Shown here: positions 28,296 through 37,916 of the stretch, in pieces | Position numbering within the stretch: the stretch's first letter is position 1 | Layout: each line of letters begins with the position of its first letter | Origin: Omnitrophica WOR_2 bacterium GWF2_43_52 | GTDB lineage: Bacteria; Omnitrophota; Gorgyraeia; Gygaellales; UBA12090 | Direction of reading: 5' to 3' | Assembly (NCBI GenBank): GCA_001805445.1 | Contig: MHGF01000023.1 | Coordinates: 82,859 to 146,858 of the forward strand | DNA: 64,000 bases | Notes under the pieces: generated by a model | Told to the model about the DNA's origin: nothing | Database searches by the model: none | The model's input: only the letters and a program-made list of their open reading frames with translations | Translations under genes and position numbers: made by a program

Positions 28296-29257
28296 GAGAA
28301 GCTATCGGCCACGCGGCGCCAATAAGAATTTTACAGCATGCCTTAGAGCGAAGGCATTTCGGGGTTAGTTTTTTATTCTACGGGCCAGGCGGTGTAGGAA
28401 AGGCATTTGTTGCCCGGCAGTTTGCCAAAAGCCTCAACTGCGAAAAACAGAGTAACGATTGTTGTGATAGCTGCAGTTCCTGCCGTACATCAGATAAGGG
28501 TGAATATCCTGATTTGCACTGGTTTGATGTTGAAGGCGGCTCTGAAAATATCAAGATCGAACAGGTCCGCCGCATGCAAGAGGTAATGAGCCTCAGGCCT
28601 TTTGAAGGAAAAGTTAAGGTATGTATTATCGATAACTGCCAGCGTTTAACGGAAGAAGCCGCGAATTCTTTATTAAAGATACTGGAGGAGCCTTCCGCTG
28701 ATTCGGTCATTATTCTTATGAGTACCGGCCTGAGGTTAGTGTTGCCGACAATTGCCTCGCGCTGCCAGAAGATACGGTTTTCGAATCTGAACAGGCAGCA
28801 GGCAGAGTGTATTTTAGAAGGAAAATATCATGTGAATCTGGAGCAACGCCGCTATCTTGCCTATTATTCAGACGGTAAGATTGGAGAAGCGCTTACCTTG
28901 AGCCAGAATGAATTTTTCACCCAAAGAGACGCCGTTTTCTCTATGCTTCTGCAAGGCCCCGAGAGGAGAGCGTCCTGGGAAGATATTTTTAAGGATAAAC
29001 CTCAGTCACAGCAGGCGTTATCAATTTTAATGAGCTGGTTCAGGGATATTGTGTTTGTCAGGCTTCGCATGCCCAAAGAATATCTCATGAATCAGGATAA
29101 ACAGCGGCAGATAACCCAGCAGGCCGCTTTATATTCTCCGGCCCAGCTATTTTCAATGCTGGATACTTTAGCCAAAGGTTTTGACTATCTTAAAAGTAAT
29201 GTCAATCTTAAATTATTGGCAGATACTATTTCCGTGAGCCTCGTATGGAAAAATTAG
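28286..29257 (+). CDS. holB: DNA polymerase III delta-prime subunit
   Basis: GPGGVGK, CCDSCSSC, AANSLLKILEEP, PTIASRCQ. Confidence 0.93.
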   Translation: MSLREAIGHAAPIRILQHALERRHFGVSFLFYGPGGVGKAFVARQFAKSLNCEKQSNDCCDSCSSCRTSDKGEYPDLHWFDVEGGSENIKIEQVRRMQEVMSLRPFEGKVKVCIIDNCQRLTEEAANSLLKILEEPSADSVIILMSTGLRLVLPTIASRCQKIRFSNLNRQQAECILEGKYHVNLEQRRYLAYYSDGKIGEALTLSQNEFFTQRDAVFSMLLQGPERRASWEDIFKDKPQSQQALSILMSWFRDIVFVRLRMPKEYLMNQDKQRQITQQAALYSPAQLFSMLDTLAKGFDYLKSNVNLKLLADTISVSLVWKN

Positions 29258-30075
29258 CGCAGGTGAAATTAAGGGAAGCCGGACAGACGTTGTTATACCG
29301 GCTTTCGGAAGCCGCGGTAAAAATTGGCGATTATGTCATCGTGGAGGCTGACCGAGGGACAGATTACGGCCATATCATCGCCGATACCAATGAATGTGTT
29401 GACGCGAAAACGCAGGATGAGCCGGTAAGAAAGATTATCCGCCTTGCCTCAAGCGATGACCTTAAGCAGATTGACGAAAATAAACTTAAGGCCAAAGAGG
29501 ATTTTGCCCAATGTTTCAAAAAGATTCAGGAACATAAGCTGGATATGAAACTTGTGGATTGCGAGTATTCCTTTGACCGGAGCAAAATCATCTTTTTTTT
29601 CACTGCTGATGGCAGGGTTGATTTTCGCGAATTAGTCAAGGATTTGGCAAAGATTTTTAAGGCGCGCATAGAATTACGGCAGATTGGGGTGCGCGATGAG
29701 GCTAAGCTCTTGGGTGGTTTTGGTGTCTGCGGAAGACGGCTTTGCTGTGCGACGTTCTTAAAAGATTTTGAGCCGGTAATGATTAAAATGGCTAAAGAGC
29801 AGGGGTTACCGTTAAATCCTCCTAAGATTTCCGGTACCTGCGGCAGGTTGATGTGCTGTCTTGCCTATGAGTATGGCGCCTATATGGAATTATCGAAGGG
29901 ATTGCCGAAAGAAGGGGACAGTATTTCCCGAGGCGACGGCAAGGCAAAGGTTATCAGCGTGAATAAACTCAAGCGTTCTTGTTTGATCGAGTATGAAGAC
30001 GGAAGGCAGATACGCTTGGATTATAGCCAGAACCATAGCTGTTGTCATCAGGCAAAGCCACACGATGAAAAATAA
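29245..30075 (+). CDS. PSP1/YaaT (RicT) family protein
   Basis: FTADGRVDFRELVKDLA, RIELRQIGVRDEA, CGRRLCC, KISGTCGRLMCCL. Confidence 0.93.
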   Translation: MEKLAQVKLREAGQTLLYRLSEAAVKIGDYVIVEADRGTDYGHIIADTNECVDAKTQDEPVRKIIRLASSDDLKQIDENKLKAKEDFAQCFKKIQEHKLDMKLVDCEYSFDRSKIIFFFTADGRVDFRELVKDLAKIFKARIELRQIGVRDEAKLLGGFGVCGRRLCCATFLKDFEPVMIKMAKEQGLPLNPPKISGTCGRLMCCLAYEYGAYMELSKGLPKEGDSISRGDGKAKVISVNKLKRSCLIEYEDGRQIRLDYSQNHSCCHQAKPHDEK

Positions 30076-31537
30076 GTTTTATATTACTACTCCTTTATAC
30101 TACGTGAATTCTCCCCCGCATATCGGCCATTCATATACCACTGTAGCCGCGGATACTCTGGCTCGCTTTCATCGAAACATGGGGGATGAGGTCTATTTTC
30201 TTACCGGAAGCGATGAGCATGGCCAGAAGATAGCGAAAGCCGCCGCTAGTGCCGGCCTTTCAGAAAAAGCCTTCACCGATAATATGGTTTCAATTTTTAT
30301 CGGCCTTTGGAAATCATTAGATATTTCCTATGATGATTTTATCCGTACCACCGATAAGCGCCATAGCGCTGCTGTAGAGCTTGTGTTAACTATCTTGCAC
30401 AAAAACAAAGACATTTATATGGATACGTATGAAGGCTGGTATTGTACTCCCTGTGAGACGTTTTGGACCGATATGCAGGTATCGCAGGATTGCTGCCCTG
30501 ATTGCAGGCGCGCGCTTGAGAGGATACGGGAAGACAATTATTTCTTCAGGCTTTCTTACTACCAGCAATGGCTCATTGAGCATATCCAATCGCATCCCGA
30601 TTTTATCCGGCCCGTATCGCGTTATAATGAAGTGCTCAGCTTTCTTACCACTAACACCCTTACGGACTTATGTATTTCAAGGCCTAAGAGCCGTTTGAAG
30701 TGGGGGATAGAAATACCTTTTAGCACCGGCCATGTGACCTATGTATGGTTTGATGCCCTGATTAACTATATTAGCGCGGTAGGCTTTGGTTATGATGAAG
30801 CGAAATTCAAGAAATATTGGCCTGCGGATTTACATTTAATCGGTAAGGACATTTTGCGTCAACACGCCATTTACTGGCCGATTATCCTTAAGGCGCTGGG
30901 CCTAAGCCTTCCTAAAATGATTTTTGCCCATGGCTGGTGGATGGTGGGGAAGGATAAAATGTCAAAATCTCGGGGGAATGTGATTGATCCTTTACGGCTG
31001 GTTGATGCTTATGGCGTTGATACCTACCGCTATTTCTTGCTCCGGGATGTGCCTTTTGGTTTAGACGGTACTTTTTCCAATGAGGCAATTATTAAGAGAA
31101 AAAATAGCGATTTGGCAAATGATTGGGGTAATCTTACGCACCGCACGGCTACGATGGTAGAGAAGTATTTTTCTGGAAAACTCCCCGAACAAGGGAGCAT
31201 CAAGGAGAATCAGCTAAAGAGAGATAATGACAATTTAGAAGCGCAGCTTAGGAAGGCTCTTGAGGCGGTTGATTTTACTGCCGGATTAGATGCCCTGTGG
31301 CTGGTTATTTCGGAGGCCAATAAGTTTATTGAAGACACCAAACCCTGGAATCTGCTTAAAGAAAATAAGACAGAGGAACTCAACAGCTTTATAATGCTTT
31401 TAGTGAGCGTGATACGAAACGTTTCTCGTGCCTTAACCAATTTTATGCCTCAGAGCGCAAAGAGTATATCCGAGCAATTTGCGTCAAATATAATTAAGAA
31501 AGGTGTTCCCCTTTTCCCGCGTATTGAAGTGAAATAA
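30065..31537 (+). CDS. metG: Methionine-tRNA ligase (short form)
   Basis: FYITTPLYYVN, HIGH, YVWFDAL, KMSKS. Confidence 0.96.
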   Translation: MKNKFYITTPLYYVNSPPHIGHSYTTVAADTLARFHRNMGDEVYFLTGSDEHGQKIAKAAASAGLSEKAFTDNMVSIFIGLWKSLDISYDDFIRTTDKRHSAAVELVLTILHKNKDIYMDTYEGWYCTPCETFWTDMQVSQDCCPDCRRALERIREDNYFFRLSYYQQWLIEHIQSHPDFIRPVSRYNEVLSFLTTNTLTDLCISRPKSRLKWGIEIPFSTGHVTYVWFDALINYISAVGFGYDEAKFKKYWPADLHLIGKDILRQHAIYWPIILKALGLSLPKMIFAHGWWMVGKDKMSKSRGNVIDPLRLVDAYGVDTYRYFLLRDVPFGLDGTFSNEAIIKRKNSDLANDWGNLTHRTATMVEKYFSGKLPEQGSIKENQLKRDNDNLEAQLRKALEAVDFTAGLDALWLVISEANKFIEDTKPWNLLKENKTEELNSFIMLLVSVIRNVSRALTNFMPQSAKSISEQFASNIIKKGVPLFPRIEVK

Positions 31538-31545
31538 TAATATGC

Positions 31546-31805
31546 CTCGTATACTAGGTGTAAATAGTCATGTTAAATACAGGAATCAGGTAATCGGGGT
31601 ATCAGGATTTGCCTGCCTGCCGGTAGGCAGGGTGATCAGGATATTGGGAACAAAATATCGGTTTTTCCCTAATCCCCGAGTCTTCCGATCTCTTCCCGCC
31701 CAAGGCGGGATCCCGCCTCATCAAAGACTATAGCGGGAAAATCCTAATTTCCTGATACCCTGATATCCCTGCCTGCGGCAGGCAGGCGTTTTTAACATGT
31801 TACTC
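31546..31805. mobile_element. MITE-like family A, copy 3 (inverted) with three nested palindromic inserts
   Basis: Colinear with the reverse complement of 15456-15639 once the inserts at 31612-31631, ~31694-31738 and 31768-31786 are removed. Confidence 0.82.
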
Positions 31806-31811
31806 CCGGAT

Positions 31812-32573
31812 ATGTTCATAGATACCCACGCGCATCTTGATTTTAGTGATTTTGATAATGACAGAGAAGATGTCCTGAAACGCGCCCAGGAAAAGGGAAT
31901 AGAGCGCATAATAAATGTCAGTTCCAGTATCTCAGGATGCGCGCGCTCTCTGGAGTTAGCTCATCGCTATGAGAGTATTTATACATCAATAGGAGTCCAT
32001 CCACACGATGTAAAAGAAATTGACGATAAGGCATTTAAACAGATTGAAAGCCTTGCCCATAGCGAGAAAGTGATCGCTATTGGTGAGGTGGGATTAGATT
32101 TTTACCGTAACCTTTCTCCCGAAGATATTCAAAGAAACTTCTTCCGGAAATTTATTGAACTAAGCGTTGCGTTAGGTTTGCCGCTTATAATTCACAGCCG
32201 CGCCGCGGAAGAAGAGACCCTCAAAATACTCAATGATTTCTCAGGCAAAATTCAGGGGGTAATACATTGTTTTTCAGGGAGCAAAAACTTTTTAGAAGAG
32301 TGTTTACATTTAGGATTGCACATTTCCGTTACCTGCAATATCACCTACAAGAAGTCAGGCAGCTTACGGGAATTGGTGCGATATATCCCTCCCGAGAGGC
32401 TTTTGTTAGAAACGGATTGCCCTTATCTGGCGCCTGAAGGGTTTCGAGGAAAGCGCAATGAACCGTCAAATGTGAGGCTTTTGGCTGAATGTATCGCGGA
32501 ATTAAGAAAATGTAGCATAGAGGAGATCGCGGCACAGACAACCGAGAATGCCAAGAGATTATTTAAATTTTAA
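31812..32573 (+). CDS. tatD: TatD-family hydrolase
   Basis: IDTHAHL, GVHPH, IGEVGLD, IIHSR, IHCFSG, ETDCPYLAP. Confidence 0.94.
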   Translation: MFIDTHAHLDFSDFDNDREDVLKRAQEKGIERIINVSSSISGCARSLELAHRYESIYTSIGVHPHDVKEIDDKAFKQIESLAHSEKVIAIGEVGLDFYRNLSPEDIQRNFFRKFIELSVALGLPLIIHSRAAEEETLKILNDFSGKIQGVIHCFSGSKNFLEECLHLGLHISVTCNITYKKSGSLRELVRYIPPERLLLETDCPYLAPEGFRGKRNEPSNVRLLAECIAELRKCSIEEIAAQTTENAKRLFKF

Positions 32574-33704
32574 ATGAAATCACAAGTTTCCATAGTTAAA
32601 TGTGCCGCGTATAAACAGGAAGACCTCTTCCCGAAAGTTAAAGAAGCTATAGAGCTTATCGGGGGCATCACAAAGTTTCTTAAGCCGAATTCCAGGGTTT
32701 TGCTTAAGCCTAATCTTCTGATGGCTATAGAGCCCCAGCGGGCGATTACGACACATCCGGAGTTTGTACGCGCGGTGGTAAGGATCTTACGAGAAATTGG
32801 CTGCACAATGTATATAGGCGATGGGCCAAGCGTGTTTGGCGATAATATCGAGAATATTTATGAAGTTTACGAACGCACCGGCATAAAAAAAGTAGCAGAT
32901 GAAGAAAAGGTAGAGCTCATTACCTTTGGTAAAAGATTTATGCATACTTATTTTCCTTTGACTGAGTGGGTCAAGGAATGCGATTATGTCGTTAACCTGC
33001 CGAAATTTAAGACCCATGATTATATGATTTTGACCGGCGCTGTGAAAAACCTCTTTGGCCTTATCCCCGGGACATTTAAACTTGAATGCCATAAGAATTT
33101 TTATCAGCATGAAAAATTCGCGAATATGCTTCTGGATGTGTATGAAGCGGTAAAACCGGCTCTTTCCATAGTTGACGGTATATCGGGAATAGAGGGTAAC
33201 GGGCCGGCCACGTCAGGGACTAAGAGAGATTTTGGGCTCATTGTAGCAAGTTCTGACGCGGTTTCTCTTGATACGGTATTAGCCAGGATCATGAATACCC
33301 ACCCAGACTATATATATACCAATAAAGAGGCCTCAAGAAGAGGAATAGGCACAGCCGATATAACTACTATCGAGATTCAAGGGCAAACACTCGCGGCATC
33401 TATTATTTCTGATTTCAAGCTTCCAGAGACTTCTCTGAGACAAACGATTAAAAACAAACTGCCGTCGTTCATCGTTACCTTCCTTAAGAAATATATTTAT
33501 TTTCATCCTAACATTAATTCGGATCTCTGCCGTTTGTGTAACTCATGCGTTGAAAATTGCCCGCAAAGGACTATGAGCAATAAAGGCGGTAAAATCGTTA
33601 TTGACTACGCACGGTGTATTTCTTGTTTTTGTTGTAAGGAATTCTGCCCCTATGCCGCGATAAAGACAAAAAAGAGCCTCTTAGCCAGGATGATGGGGAT
33701 ATAA
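32574..33704 (+). CDS. DUF362 protein with C-terminal 2[4Fe-4S] ferredoxin domain
   Basis: LLKPNL, TTHP, NLPKFKTH, TGAVKNLFG, EGNGP, two CxxCxxCxxxCP motifs. Confidence 0.88.
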   Translation: MKSQVSIVKCAAYKQEDLFPKVKEAIELIGGITKFLKPNSRVLLKPNLLMAIEPQRAITTHPEFVRAVVRILREIGCTMYIGDGPSVFGDNIENIYEVYERTGIKKVADEEKVELITFGKRFMHTYFPLTEWVKECDYVVNLPKFKTHDYMILTGAVKNLFGLIPGTFKLECHKNFYQHEKFANMLLDVYEAVKPALSIVDGISGIEGNGPATSGTKRDFGLIVASSDAVSLDTVLARIMNTHPDYIYTNKEASRRGIGTADITTIEIQGQTLAASIISDFKLPETSLRQTIKNKLPSFIVTFLKKYIYFHPNINSDLCRLCNSCVENCPQRTMSNKGGKIVIDYARCISCFCCKEFCPYAAIKTKKSLLARMMGI

Positions 33705-33706
33705 CT

Positions 33707-33866
33707 ATTACACCGTTAAATTAGTTTTTATTAGTGTGACGGTGTAATAAAAGGGGTGTGGGGAAAAACTTTCCCCACGCTTGGGGGGTGCTCAGTGAGC
33801 GAAGCGAACGCCGAAGGGGGGCCTGCCCCCTTAGCGGAAGTGCGGAGTTAACTTCACTATACCCCT
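33707..33866. repeat. Two adjacent palindromic elements
   Basis: ATTACACCGTTA/TGACGGTGTAAT (33707-33748; sister at 48788-48823), then AGGGGTGTGGGGAA...TTCACTATACCCCT enclosing hairpins and GAGCGAAGCGA. Confidence 0.7.
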
Positions 33867-33889
33867 AAGAATTAAGTTAACGGAGCACT

Positions 33890-34927
33890 ATGCCGATACC
33901 AACGATAGAGTGGAAGAATAATTGTGTCAGGATTATTGATCAGACCAAGCTTCCTTTAAAGCTGGAATATCTGGACTGCCACGATGCAAAAACTGTGTGG
34001 AAGGCGATTAAAGAGTTGAAGGTGCGGGGCGCTCCCGCGATTGGCATTGCCGGCGCTTTTGGAGTAATGGTAGGCGTGAATAAGGTAAGAACGGATAACG
34101 CTAACACCTTTAAAAAGAAATTGGATGAAGTGATACGATATTTAGCCTCAAGCAGGCCGACGGCGGTAAATCTTTCCTGGGCGCTGGAACGCATGCGCCA
34201 GGTAGCCTATCATCATGCCCAAGTAAGTGTTTCCCGCAAAAAAGAGTTACTTTTACAAGAGGCGCTCAAAATCCTGGAAGAAGATAAGGCGATTTGCCGT
34301 ACGATGGCAGACTATGGCGCGTCATTGATTAATGACTTTGATACCTGCCTTACTATTTGTAACGCAGGGGCATTGGCAACCGCGGATTATGGCACGGCAC
34401 TCGGTGTTTTTTACCGGGCAAAAGAGAAGGGAAAGACAGTTAAGGTATTTGCCTGCGAAACAAGGCCGCTTTTGCAGGGAGCGCGCCTTACCAGTTGGGA
34501 ACTTAAAAAACATAATATCGAGGTAACGTTGATTGCGGATAATACTGCCGCTTACCTTATGCGTGAGGGTAAAATTAATAAGGTATTTGTCGGCGCGGAT
34601 AGAATTGCCAAAAATGGCGATACGGCAAATAAAATAGGGACGTTTAACCTGGCCCTCATCAGCCATTACCATAAAGTGCCCTTGTATGTCGTTGCCCCGC
34701 GTTCGACGTTTGATTTTGGGGTATCATCAGGGAAGGATATTATCATTGAGCACAGGCACGATATCGAGGTTTTAGAATTACAGGCTCAACCAATAGCCCC
34801 CAAAGGGGTAAAGGTATATAACCCTGCGTTTGATGTAACAGGTAATGAATTCATTACCGCCTTTGTCACTGAAAAAGGGCTTATCTACCCGCCGTTTGCC
34901 AGTACTATTTCTCATGCCTTCACATAA
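33890..34927 (+). CDS. mtnA: Methylthioribose-1-phosphate isomerase
   Basis: IDQTKLP, VRGAPAIG, RPTAVNL, CNAGALAT, ETRPLLQGARLT, ANKIGT, NPAFDVT. Confidence 0.95.
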   Translation: MPIPTIEWKNNCVRIIDQTKLPLKLEYLDCHDAKTVWKAIKELKVRGAPAIGIAGAFGVMVGVNKVRTDNANTFKKKLDEVIRYLASSRPTAVNLSWALERMRQVAYHHAQVSVSRKKELLLQEALKILEEDKAICRTMADYGASLINDFDTCLTICNAGALATADYGTALGVFYRAKEKGKTVKVFACETRPLLQGARLTSWELKKHNIEVTLIADNTAAYLMREGKINKVFVGADRIAKNGDTANKIGTFNLALISHYHKVPLYVVAPRSTFDFGVSSGKDIIIEHRHDIEVLELQAQPIAPKGVKVYNPAFDVTGNEFITAFVTEKGLIYPPFASTISHAFT

Positions 34928-35810
34928 AATTTCTGAATTAGATTTAATTAAACGAATCTCAAAAAAAGTAAAAGTTGATGCTTCGGTTGTCTGCGGTATA
35001 GGAGATGATACCGCGGTGTTGCGCGCTACGAAGGATAAATACCAGCTTTTTACCGCGGATATGCTCATTGAAGATGTGGATTTTACCCGGCGGGCGCATC
35101 CTGAAGATATCGGCCATAAGGCTCTGGCGTGTTCATTAAGCGATATTGCCGCAATGGGAGGGATGCCTTGTTACGCGCTTGTTTCCTTAGGGATGCCCAA
35201 AAAAGGCTCGGTCCGCTTTATCGATGGTTTTTATGCCGGTTTGCTGAGGTTAGCAAAGAAGTTTAAGGTTAGTGTCGTGGGGGGAGATTTAAGCTTATCT
35301 GAGAAAATAGTTATCAATATCTCGGTGATAGGAGAGGTGCGTAAAGAGGGGGTGGTTTTCCGTTCAGGGGCAAAGCCTCGGGATATCCTCTTTGTCAGCG
35401 GCCCTTTAGGGGGGTCATTTTACGGAAGGCATCTTACGTTTACGCCCCGCATCAAGGAGGCGCATTATTTGGTGAATAACTACAAGGTCAATGCCATGTT
35501 GGATATTTCTGATGGCTTGAGCCTTGATTTACGGCGTTTATGCTTGGCAAGCCAGGCAGGAGCCGTCGTGTATGAGGATTTAATTCCCGTATCAGCTGAT
35601 GCAAAGTCGTTTGATGAGGCACTGCATATGGGGGAAGATTTTGAGCTGCTTTTTTCTATGCCTCTAGCAGAGGCCCGGCGTTTGATACAGGAAAAAGGCG
35701 TGTATTTTAAGGCTATAGGTGAAATCAGAGAGAAGCACTACGGGATAAAATTCATTACTAAAAAAGCGCAGGAAAAGGTGCTTGAGGCGAAGGGGTATCA
35801 GCACTTTTAG
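34914..35810 (+). CDS. thiL: Thiamine-monophosphate kinase
   Basis: GIGDDTAV, LSDIAAMGG, VGGD, DISDGL, GEDFELL, GYQHF. Confidence 0.94.
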   Translation: MPSHKISELDLIKRISKKVKVDASVVCGIGDDTAVLRATKDKYQLFTADMLIEDVDFTRRAHPEDIGHKALACSLSDIAAMGGMPCYALVSLGMPKKGSVRFIDGFYAGLLRLAKKFKVSVVGGDLSLSEKIVINISVIGEVRKEGVVFRSGAKPRDILFVSGPLGGSFYGRHLTFTPRIKEAHYLVNNYKVNAMLDISDGLSLDLRRLCLASQAGAVVYEDLIPVSADAKSFDEALHMGEDFELLFSMPLAEARRLIQEKGVYFKAIGEIREKHYGIKFITKKAQEKVLEAKGYQHF

Positions 35811-35880
35811 AGTAGAGAGTAGAGAGTAGAGAGTAGAAAGTAGTGAGTAGTAAGTAGTGAGTAGAGAGTAGAGAGTAGTG
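35811..35880. repeat. Ten-unit AGTAG(A/T)(G/A) heptamer tandem array
   Basis: Ten contiguous 7-nt units directly after the thiL stop; related short runs at 10792-10817 and 45454-45482. Confidence 0.9.
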
Positions 35881-35904
35881 AGCGGGAGGCAAACAAAAAG
35901 AATA

Positions 35905-36402
35905 ATGCGTATAACGTCTGCTTCTGTAAAGCAAACTAAAGAAATCGCTCGTGGCTTAGCAAAATATCTTACAGCTGGTGATGTCGTGGCGCTTATTGGC
36001 ACTGTTGGCTCAGGAAAGACTATTTTTGTGAAGGGTTTAGCCTCAGGGTTGTCCTGCCGCAGGCAGAAAGTAACAAGCCCTACCTTTATCCTTATGCGCC
36101 AGTATCGGGGCCGCCATGAAGTCTACCACTTTGACCTCTACAGGCTTAAAGATATTCATCAATTAGAGCAGATTGGTTATGAAGAATATTTCTATGGCGA
36201 TGGTATAACCGTTATTGAATGGGCTGATAGGATTAAGAAAGCATTGCCTCGCCAGTACCTTCGTATCGAATTTAAAATCAAGGATGACCGTACGCGGCTG
36301 CTAAAGTTTATCCCTAAAGGCAGGCATTATGCAGATAATCTCCGGAAGTTTCAAGGGAAGAAGGATACAGTTCCCCAAAAATATCCGTCCCACTCAAAAT
36401 AA
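35905..36402 (+). CDS. tsaE: t6A biosynthesis ATPase
   Basis: GTVGSGKT, VTSPTF, YHFDLYRL, VIEWA. Confidence 0.93.
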   Translation: MRITSASVKQTKEIARGLAKYLTAGDVVALIGTVGSGKTIFVKGLASGLSCRRQKVTSPTFILMRQYRGRHEVYHFDLYRLKDIHQLEQIGYEEYFYGDGITVIEWADRIKKALPRQYLRIEFKIKDDRTRLLKFIPKGRHYADNLRKFQGKKDTVPQKYPSHSK

Positions 36403-36874
36403 AGTCCGCAAGGCACTTTTCGACTCTTTAGGTGATTTTGTGAAAGGAGCTATGGTCTTGGAACTCTTTGCCGGTTCCGGCGCTGTAGGGATAGAAGCGT
36501 ATTCTTATGGGGCAAAGGAAGTGAGCTTTGTAGAAAAGGATAGTAATTGCCTAAGGCTCATTGAATCAAACCTTAAGCTTTTAGGTATAGGAACATACTC
36601 CCTCTACAGGAAAGATTCCCTTGATTCTTTAGAGTTTTTGTCCAAGAAACAGCGCGCATTTGATATGGTATTCCTTGACCCTCCTTATCTGAAAGGCTTG
36701 GCAAAAAAGTCCTTGCGAGGCATAAGCCTTTGTGATATAGTAGCGCCTCAAGGTATCGTGGTATTAGAGCATCATAAAAAAGAAGAGCTGCCGCGCGAAG
36801 AAGGCAGCTTAATGCTTTTTAAGCAAAACAAGTACGGGGAAACCGTATTGTCGTTTTATAGAAATATGGGTTAG
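36329..36874 (+). CDS. rsmD: 16S rRNA m2G966 methyltransferase
   Basis: IISGSFKGR, RPT, LFAGSGAVG, FLDPPY. Confidence 0.93.
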   Translation: MQIISGSFKGRRIQFPKNIRPTQNKVRKALFDSLGDFVKGAMVLELFAGSGAVGIEAYSYGAKEVSFVEKDSNCLRLIESNLKLLGIGTYSLYRKDSLDSLEFLSKKQRAFDMVFLDPPYLKGLAKKSLRGISLCDIVAPQGIVVLEHHKKEELPREEGSLMLFKQNKYGETVLSFYRNMG

Positions 36875-36922
36875 TGTGTAAGTTAGAAGAAAACTTAAAC
36901 ACTTTACACTTACACTCTTTAA
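36873..36922. repeat. Octamer (GTGTAAGT/ACTTACAC) inverted-arm repeat
   Basis: AGTGTGTAAGTTAG ... ACTTAAACACTTTACACTTACACTC; sister at 37832-37892. Confidence 0.7.
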
Positions 36923-36943
36923 ACTCCGAACGGAGTGAGGAAC

Positions 36944-37426
36944 ATGTGCCAAAAAGCAATGTATCCCGGCTCATTTGATCCGGTAACCTATGGGCATATT
37001 GATATTATTCAAAGAGCCTCAAGGATATTTGAGACTGTTGTGGTTGGCGTAGCCTCTAATTCACAAAAGAAGCCTTTATTTTCGGTAAAAGAACGGGTAG
37101 AGATGCTCAAAAAGGCCACGGCGGATATGGACACAGTGGTTGTCGAGGCTTTTGACGGCTTAGTGGTGGATTATGCCCGAAAACATTCTATAGGGGTGAT
37201 TATTAGAGGCTTGCGGATGGTTTCTGACTTTGAGTATGAATTTCAGCTGGCCTTGACTAACCGAAAACTTTCACATGACGTAGAAACAATCTTTCTGATG
37301 CCTTCCGAGCAATATTCATATATTTCATCAAAGCTTTTAAAAGAGGCTGCTTTATTAGGCGCGGATGTATCGGATTTTATGCCTAAAGATGTCCAGAAAA
37401 AGCTTAAAGAAAGGCTTAAAAGGTAA
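36944..37426 (+). CDS. coaD: Phosphopantetheine adenylyltransferase
   Basis: YPGSFDPVTYGH, RGLR, DFEYE, ISS. Confidence 0.96.
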   Translation: MCQKAMYPGSFDPVTYGHIDIIQRASRIFETVVVGVASNSQKKPLFSVKERVEMLKKATADMDTVVVEAFDGLVVDYARKHSIGVIIRGLRMVSDFEYEFQLALTNRKLSHDVETIFLMPSEQYSYISSKLLKEAALLGADVSDFMPKDVQKKLKERLKR

Positions 37427-37435
37427 AGGAAGCCT

Positions 37436-37852
37436 GTGAATATCGATTTAAAACAGCTGCCGGAAGGTGAACCTCTGACACTTATTGAGTCTCTGACTCC
37501 TGAAGGATTAGATGTAGAAATTGCCGGAGTGCATCTTGTGTATCCTATTGAAATTAAGGCTCAGGTACTAAAACTGCAGGAAGTCCTTGATATCAAAGTT
37601 GCTTTGAAGGCCAAGGTGAGGCTTGAGTGTTCACGGTGTTTGGTGGAGATAGAGTCTCTCCTCCGTAAGGATTTCAGGATTGACTGCCCTATTAGTAAAG
37701 CAGATACTGCCGTTGATATTACCGAAGATATCCGTCAGGAACTTATCCTGGAATATCCCTTAAAGCCTTTATGTACCCCTGAGTGTAAGGGGCTTTGTGC
37801 TCAATGTGGAAAGAATTTAAACGAAGGAGATTGTAAGTGTGTAAGTGTGTAA
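37436..37852 (+). CDS. DUF177/YceD protein
   Basis: CSRCL, PLKPLCTPECKGLCAQCG; lies upstream of rpmF. Confidence 0.9.
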   Translation: MNIDLKQLPEGEPLTLIESLTPEGLDVEIAGVHLVYPIEIKAQVLKLQEVLDIKVALKAKVRLECSRCLVEIESLLRKDFRIDCPISKADTAVDITEDIRQELILEYPLKPLCTPECKGLCAQCGKNLNEGDCKCVSV

Positions 37853-37892
37853 GTAAGAATGTAACAACTTTACACTTCTAAACTTAACACTC
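37832..37892. repeat. Octamer GTGTAAGT inverted-arm repeat overlapping the yceD stop
   Basis: TGTAAGTG TGTAAGTG TGTAAGT ... CTTTACACTTCTAAACTTAACAC. Confidence 0.75.
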
Positions 37893-37916
37893 CCAACGAC
37901 TGAAAGGAGTGAGGCT

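Noticed and set aside
31542-31733. 63-aa ORF (also 42600-42815 and 1096-1287)
   Set aside because: Translations of palindromic repeat DNA; no protein-family signal.
35811-35880. Possible CRISPR array (also 42196-42255)
   Set aside because: Units are 7 or 23 nt and contiguous, with no unique spacers and no cas genes.
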